A stretch of DNA of 64,000 nucleotides from Gammaproteobacteria bacterium. GTDB lineage: Bacteria; Pseudomonadota; Gammaproteobacteria; SZUA-229. A model generated the notes under the pieces. That model worked only from the letters and a program-made list of their open reading frames with translations. It ran no database searches and was not told the DNA's origin. Location of the stretch: positions 13,332-77,331 of the forward strand of contig JAVVEE010000002.1 of NCBI GenBank assembly GCA_032251315.1, in the 5' to 3' direction. This document shows, one piece after another, positions 60,155 to 64,000 of this stretch. Each line of letters begins with the position of its first letter. Within the stretch, counting starts at the first letter, position 1. The translations under genes were made by a program, and so were the position numbers.

Positions 60155-61249
60155 TTAAGGTGAAACGTCCAGCATGCGCTGTAGCGCGATTCTGGCCTGC
60201 TGCGCCACATCCTCAGGCACACTGACCTGATTGACCACCTTACCTTCAAGCAGGTTTTCCAGCACCCACAGCAGATGTTGCGGATCGATGCGGAACATGG
60301 TGGAACACATGCACACGGTCGGTGACATGAAGTGCACACTCTTGCCTTCATGCTGAAACTGTTCGTGCAGACGATTGACCAGATTCAGCTCGGTGCCCAC
60401 CAGCCAGCGACTGCCCGGCTCGCTGTTGGCGACGGTATTGATGATGAACTCGGTGGAGCCGACATAATCGGATTTCTGACAGACTTCAAACGGACTTTCC
60501 GGATGGGAGATGACTTTGGTTTCGGGGTATTTTTCCTTGAACTGATCAATCTGCTCGGGCTTGAACATCTGGTGCACTGAACAGAAACCTTTCCACAGAA
60601 TGATTTTGGCGTTGTGGATTTGTTCCGGCGTCAAACCGCCCATGGGTTTGTCATAATCCCAGATCACCATTTCATCCAGGGGGATACCCATGCCATAACC
60701 GGTGTTGCGCCCCAGATGCTGGTCGGGGAAGAACAGCACTTTTTCGCGCTGCCCGAAGCACCATTCCAGCACGTGACGCGCATTGGTGGAGGTGCAGACA
60801 ATGCCGCCGTGTTCACCACAGAAACCTTTCAGATCTGCGGCAGAGTTAATGTAGGTGACCGGTGAAACAGTCTCGTCGGGGTCGAGTACCTCTGAAAGCT
60901 CTCGCCAGGCTTTTTCGACATTGCGCAGATCGGCCATATCGGCCATCGCACAGCCTGCCGATAAATCGGGCAGTATCGACACCTGATCGGGGCGCGACAG
61001 AATGTCAGCCACCTCGGCCATAAAATGCACGCCGCAAAAAACGATGTATTCGGCTTTAGATTCCGCTGCGGCACGCGACAGCTTTAATGAGTCGCCGGTA
61101 AAATCGGCGTGCTTGAACACCTCATCGCGCTGGTAATGATGGCCCAGAATGACCAGCTTATCACCCAGCTTCTGCTTGGCGGCGGCAATACGCTCATCGC
61201 ATTCCTGATCGTCGAGCAGCGTGTAAGTCTGTATGGCTATGGTCATCAA
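60155..61249 (-). CDS. nadA: Quinolinate synthase NadA
   Basis: It has NadA family motifs (ILGHHYQRDEV, FCGVHFMAE) and conserved Cys residues. At 364 aa it is a long-form NadA. Confidence 0.88.
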   Translation of the reverse strand: MMTIAIQTYTLLDDQECDERIAAAKQKLGDKLVILGHHYQRDEVFKHADFTGDSLKLSRAAAESKAEYIVFCGVHFMAEVADILSRPDQVSILPDLSAGCAMADMADLRNVEKAWRELSEVLDPDETVSPVTYINSAADLKGFCGEHGGIVCTSTNARHVLEWCFGQREKVLFFPDQHLGRNTGYGMGIPLDEMVIWDYDKPMGGLTPEQIHNAKIILWKGFCSVHQMFKPEQIDQFKEKYPETKVISHPESPFEVCQKSDYVGSTEFIINTVANSEPGSRWLVGTELNLVNRLHEQFQHEGKSVHFMSPTVCMCSTMFRIDPQHLLWVLENLLEGKVVNQVSVPEDVAQQARIALQRMLDVSP

Positions 61250-61304
61250 TTACACCTTAGTTATTCGATAAAATTTCGGCCCCCAAATTTAGCAGAGGTT
61301 CAAT

Positions 61305-63083
61305 CTATTCCTCTTTGCTCTCGACCTTGCGCAAGCGCAGATTCAATTCCTTGAGCTGCTCGGCAGAGACTGGCGCCGGTGCCGAGGTTAACGGGCAGGC
61401 GGCTGACTGGGTTTTCGGAAACGCCATGACATCGCGAATGGAGCGTGCGCCCGACATCAACATTACCAGACGATCCAGACCGAAAGCCAGACCCGCATGC
61501 GGCGGACAGCCGTATTTCAGCGCGGTCAGCAGGAAGCCGAATTTTTCTTCAGCTTCCTCGTCAGAGATGCCCAGCAATTTCAGCACCGCCGCCTGCATGG
61601 CGGCATCGTGAATACGCACCGAGCCACCGCCCAGTTCGGTACCATTGAGCACCATATCATAAGCGCGCGACAGCACGCTGCCGGGATCCTTTTCCAGATC
61701 TTCCGGTTTCTCAACCGAAGGTGCCGTGAATGGATGGTGCAGCGCTGTCCATGCCCCTTGTTTATTGCGCTCGAACATCGGGAAATCCACCACCCAGAGC
61801 GGCGCCCAGATGTTTTCGACCAGTCCGGTGTCTTCACCGACCTTGTTACGCAACGCGCCCATCGACTCGTTCACCACGTTGACATCACCGGCGCCAAAGA
61901 AAAGCAGGTCGCCGGAGTGAGTGCCGGTTTTTTCGAGAATCGTGCTGATGGCTTCATCCGGCAGGAATTTCACAATCGGCGATTGCAGACCTTCACGCCC
62001 CGCCGACACATCGTTGACCTTGATCCAGGCCAGGCCCTTGGCGCCATAACGGCCGACAAAATCAGTATAACCATCGATCTCCTTGCGCGAGAGCGAAGCA
62101 CCGTTGGGCACTTTCAGCACCACAATGCGGCCTTGTGGGTCGTTCGCCGGGCCGGAGAACACCTTGAATTCCACATCCTTCATCACATCCGCCAGATCGA
62201 CCAACTCCATGGGAATACGCAAGTCCGGCTTGTCCGAACCATAATGCAGCATGGCATTTTCATGGGTCATGCGCGGAAACGGATTGGGCAGATCAACGTC
62301 GAGTACCTCTTTGAACAGGCCGCGCATCATATCTTCGTTGAGCTGCATGACATCTTCTTCGTACATAAACGAAGTCTCGATATCCACCTGGGTGAATTCG
62401 GGCTGGCGATCGGCGCGCAGATCTTCATCGCGGAAACAGCGCACGATCTGATAATAACGATCCAGACCCGACATCATCAGCAACTGCTTGAACAGCTGCG
62501 GCGACTGCGGCAGGGCAAAGAAACTGCCGGGATGGGTGCGACTGGGCACCAGATAATCACGCGCACCTTCCGGAGTCGCTTTGGTCAGCATGGGCGTTTC
62601 GATATCCATAAAACCACGCTTGTCCAGAAAAAAACGCAGGTAGGCGGTAACATCACTGCGCAGCCTGATGCGCTTTTGCATTTCGTCGCGGCGCAGGTCG
62701 ATGTAGCGATAACGCAGGCGCAGGTCTTCGTGCACATCGACATCGTCGAGCTGGAACGGCGGCGTTTCGGAAGTGTTGAGCACCTGCAACTCCAGCGCCA
62801 GCACTTCAATGGCACCGGTGGCCAGATTGGGATTCACCGCGCTTTCATCACGCGCACGCACCTTGCCTTTCACCTGTAACACATACTCGTTGCGCACACG
62901 TTCGGCCATCTGAAAAATTTCCGCACGGTCGGGGTCGAACACCACCTGCACCACGCCTTCGCGGTCACGCAAATCGATAAAAATCACCCCACCATGATCG
63001 CGACGACGGTTAACCCAGCCACATAAAGTAACTTCCTGATCTAAAAACTCTTCGGTAATTTTTCCGCAATATTGACTGCGCAT
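61305..63083 (-). CDS. aspS: Aspartate--tRNA ligase
   Basis: It is a class IIb aaRS ([12 protein letters not shown] start, [20 protein letters not shown]). The ATG at 63083 gives the conserved N-terminus; the ORF track extension to 63206 runs into a repeat element. Confidence 0.95.
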   Translation of the reverse strand: MRSQYCGKITEEFLDQEVTLCGWVNRRRDHGGVIFIDLRDREGVVQVVFDPDRAEIFQMAERVRNEYVLQVKGKVRARDESAVNPNLATGAIEVLALELQVLNTSETPPFQLDDVDVHEDLRLRYRYIDLRRDEMQKRIRLRSDVTAYLRFFLDKRGFMDIETPMLTKATPEGARDYLVPSRTHPGSFFALPQSPQLFKQLLMMSGLDRYYQIVRCFRDEDLRADRQPEFTQVDIETSFMYEEDVMQLNEDMMRGLFKEVLDVDLPNPFPRMTHENAMLHYGSDKPDLRIPMELVDLADVMKDVEFKVFSGPANDPQGRIVVLKVPNGASLSRKEIDGYTDFVGRYGAKGLAWIKVNDVSAGREGLQSPIVKFLPDEAISTILEKTGTHSGDLLFFGAGDVNVVNESMGALRNKVGEDTGLVENIWAPLWVVDFPMFERNKQGAWTALHHPFTAPSVEKPEDLEKDPGSVLSRAYDMVLNGTELGGGSVRIHDAAMQAAVLKLLGISDEEAEEKFGFLLTALKYGCPPHAGLAFGLDRLVMLMSGARSIRDVMAFPKTQSAACPLTSAPAPVSAEQLKELNLRLRKVESKEE

Positions 63084-63152
63084 GGTTGGTCCGCTTGAAA
63101 GGTGAGAAAATGGGGGGTGAATGTTACGGCCTGACGGGTTTTCAATCAAGTA

Positions 63153-63318
63153 TAGGAGGCTGTCGGGTTTAGGGGGATTGTAGCGAGGGAGTGGGAGAGT
63201 GAACACAAATTTTCCAGAGTTTGAGGCGCATAGTTATTCTACGCAACGAAAAATCGGGGGTATTTGGGACGCTCTCCCGCTTCCGCAGCCAATTCATCCT
63301 GAATCCGACAGCCTCCTA
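63153..63318. mobile_element. 166-bp MITE-like element (family B, full length) with 14-bp terminal inverted repeats TAGGAGGCTGTCGG / CCGACAGCCTCCTA
   Basis: The TIRs were read directly. The left 30 nt and right 15 nt recur joined together at 8690-8733. The element fills most of the aspS/SDR divergent intergenic region and encodes no transposase. Confidence 0.6.
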
Positions 63319-63374
63319 GCAAGGCTAAACGACGAAACCATCCTGTTTGCAGAATGACGTGATAAGCTTTCGTT

Positions 63375-64000
63375 ATGTCTTCACCTGCCACTCCATCATC
63401 CAGAAAAACCGTCCTTATTACCGGCTGCTCGAGCGGCATTGGTTACTGCGCAGCTAAAGGTTTGCAACAGCGTGGTTATCGTGTCTTCGCCACCGCACGA
63501 CGCGCCGAAAGTGTAGCCGCGCTCAATAATGAAGGTCTGGAAAGTTTGCAGCTCGATCTGGATGACTCCGAGTCCATTCGTACCGCCGTTGCCGAAATTC
63601 TGGAGCGCACCGGCGGTGAACTCTATGCCCTGTTCAATAACGGCGCTTACGGCATTCCGGGCGCGGTCGAAGATCTCTCCAGAGACACTCTGCGCACCCA
63701 GTTTGAAACCAACGTCTTTGGCTGGCAGGAGCTGACCAACCTGGTGCTGCCGGTGATGCGCCGTCAGGGTTACGGCCGCATCATCCAGAACAGCTCAGTA
63801 CTCGGCTTTGTCGCCATGCCCTTTCGCGGCGCCTATAACGCCTCAAAATTTGCTATTGAAGGGCTGAGCGATACGCTCAGACTCGAACTGGCCGACACCG
63901 ACATTCATATTTCGCTGATCGAACCCGGCCCCATCGTCAGTCAGTTTCGCGCCAACGGCGTCAAGCTGCTGGAAAAGCACATCGATATTGAAAACAGTAT
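63375..64000 (+). CDS. Short-chain dehydrogenase/reductase (SDR), 3'-truncated by the window end
   Basis: I translated it by hand from the ATG at 63375. It reads MSSPATPSSRKTVLITGCSSGIGY (TGxxxGIG), NNGAY and the YNASK catalytic motif, and the frame is open to 64000. It is absent from the ORF track because no stop codon lies in the window. Confidence 0.85.
   Translation, partial: MSSPATPSSRKTVLITGCSSGIGYCAAKGLQQRGYRVFATARRAESVAALNNEGLESLQLDLDDSESIRTAVAEILERTGGELYALFNNGAYGIPGAVEDLSRDTLRTQFETNVFGWQELTNLVLPVMRRQGYGRIIQNSSVLGFVAMPFRGAYNASKFAIEGLSDTLRLELADTDIHISLIEPGPIVSQFRANGVKLLEKHIDIENS

Noticed and set aside
63239-63439. 66-aa minus-strand ORF, and the 41-codon N-terminal extension of aspS (63084-63206)
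   Set aside because: Both are read out of the MITE-like element and promoter region. The conserved AspRS N-terminus starts at MRSQYCG (63083).

Overview
This 64-kb window is chromosomal DNA from a gammaproteobacterium, mostly housekeeping genes on the minus strand. The gene order resembles Pseudomonas (recalled from memory): fimX-like/parC/parE, dsbC/xerD, lptG/lptF next to pepA/holC/valS, ilvI-ilvH-ilvC-pssA-leuA, and aspS...yebC-ruvCAB-ybgC-tolQRAB-pal-cpoB-queE-queC-tRNA-Lys. A soxXYZA cluster marks the organism as a likely thiosulfate or sulfur oxidiser. I call about 60 protein genes, one tRNA-Lys(UUU), one disrupted gene, several intrinsic terminators and several repeat families. I found no rRNA, CRISPR array, integrase, transposase, prophage or recognisable defence or secretion island, so I cannot point to a clear new multi-gene system. 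The items most worth a second look are listed here. (1) A minus-strand operon encodes an HPP membrane protein, a CBS-pair protein and a DsrC/TusE-like protein that lacks the conserved Cys residues and carries an extra N-terminal domain; a LysR gene is divergent, with an ATC-N9-GAT dyad. (2) Three families of structured intergenic repeats include one with full-length and internally deleted copies, and a perfect 27-bp-arm hairpin. (3) A Leu-rich leader ORF and attenuator-like structure lie upstream of leuA. (4) Four 23-bp direct repeats sit just upstream of soxX. (5) The conserved gene next to the FimX-like gene is broken by an in-frame TAG and a frame change. All functional calls come from reading the translated ORFs and recalling family motifs; no database search was run.
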